Below, one piece after another: positions 63,340 to 64,000 of a stretch of DNA of 64,000 bases (position 1 is the stretch's first letter; each line of letters begins with the position of its first letter). The stretch lies in NCBI GenBank assembly GCA_030704615.1, contig CM060731.1, forward strand, positions 93,186,001 to 93,250,000, written 5' to 3'. Under the pieces are notes generated by a model. That model was not told the DNA's origin, did not search any database, and saw only the letters and a list, made by a program, of their open reading frames with translations. The position numbers and the translations under genes were made by a program. This DNA is from Takakia lepidozioides. Its lineage: Eukaryota; Plantae; Bryophyta.

Positions 63340-64000
63340 TACATTCCAGATCAAAAACAAAAAAAACCAAGCATGTCGGGTGCTGAGAGCAGCAAGTGCT
63401 GGGGGTCTCGAGAGGGGGCAACAAAGAGAAAAGAAAAAGGTTGGGGGGGGGGGGGGATGACTGAGCAGCAGCAGCAGCTGCTGAGCACCACGGGCTCAGT
63501 CACTCCCCCCCACTTTTTTTCTTTTTGTTTCCTGATCTCTCCCTCTCACTCCCTCACTCCCTCACCCTCTATAACTCTTTGGATTTCATCTGGCCTTAAC
63601 CTTTTTAATGCTGGTTATTTGGTTGTTCATCCCAATTCCCTTTTCATCCAAAGCTGGATGAATGTTTTGAAGGATGATGACCCTTACTGTGCAGAAATCT
63701 TGGTTTATCATTTGTTTTCTCCTTTTTTTATCCAAACTGGATGAATTCCATGAATGATGGTGACCTATTTTAATCAAGGAGATAGTAATTTTACCATCAT
63801 AAATGATGGCAGTTATTAAACTTGAGCCTATACCCTAACCCTAAAAGTTACATTTTTAATGGATGTCATCCATTGACAAGTGCATCTCCTGCTAGAATGC
63901 GACTTTTCATCCCCCCCCTGGATGATAAATCGGGGATTTGTGGCCTAAGCGGGTCAACACCTTTCACAACACAGAACTCGTGCTTCAGGGATCCTTGATG
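63340..64000 (+). repeat. Another copy of the palindrome plus CATCC/GGATG repeat-family module
   Basis: G-run/TGACTGAG...CTCAGTCACT/C-run at 63440-63512, then GGATG repeats and CCCTAACCCTAA as at 51660 and 54100. Confidence 0.7.

Overview
Eukaryotic, plant-type (probably non-seed streptophyte; inference) genomic DNA. There is one host gene: a 27-exon AP-2 complex subunit alpha (alpha-adaptin) on the minus strand (CDS 15905-44441, about 1023 aa). Its introns hold several copies of a tail-less LINE (APE endonuclease + RT + CCHC) and two hAT-type MITEs. To the left lies a ~14.1-kb TIR-bounded Mutator-like element (384-14492). It carries a decayed DDE+SWIM transposase, a convergent C2H2-type zinc-finger gene and a bidirectional array of about 30 palindromic 20-mers, and a chromodomain-bearing Ty3/gypsy element (3931-10388) has inserted into that array. 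To the right (45-64 kb) is a nest of repeats: an unclassified CATCC/GGATG-rich family with a palindromic module present in both orientations, an orphan intronless ORF, a divergent pair of a GCM-like zinc-binding transposase fragment and a ParB/Srx-like gene, and a CACTA fragment. The most notable points are the zinc-finger-plus-array architecture of the MULE, the ParB-like cassette, and two TTTAGGG telomere repeats added at the 5' junction of a 45-nt LINE insertion just past the AP2A stop codon. All family assignments are from motif recognition by eye; no searches were run.
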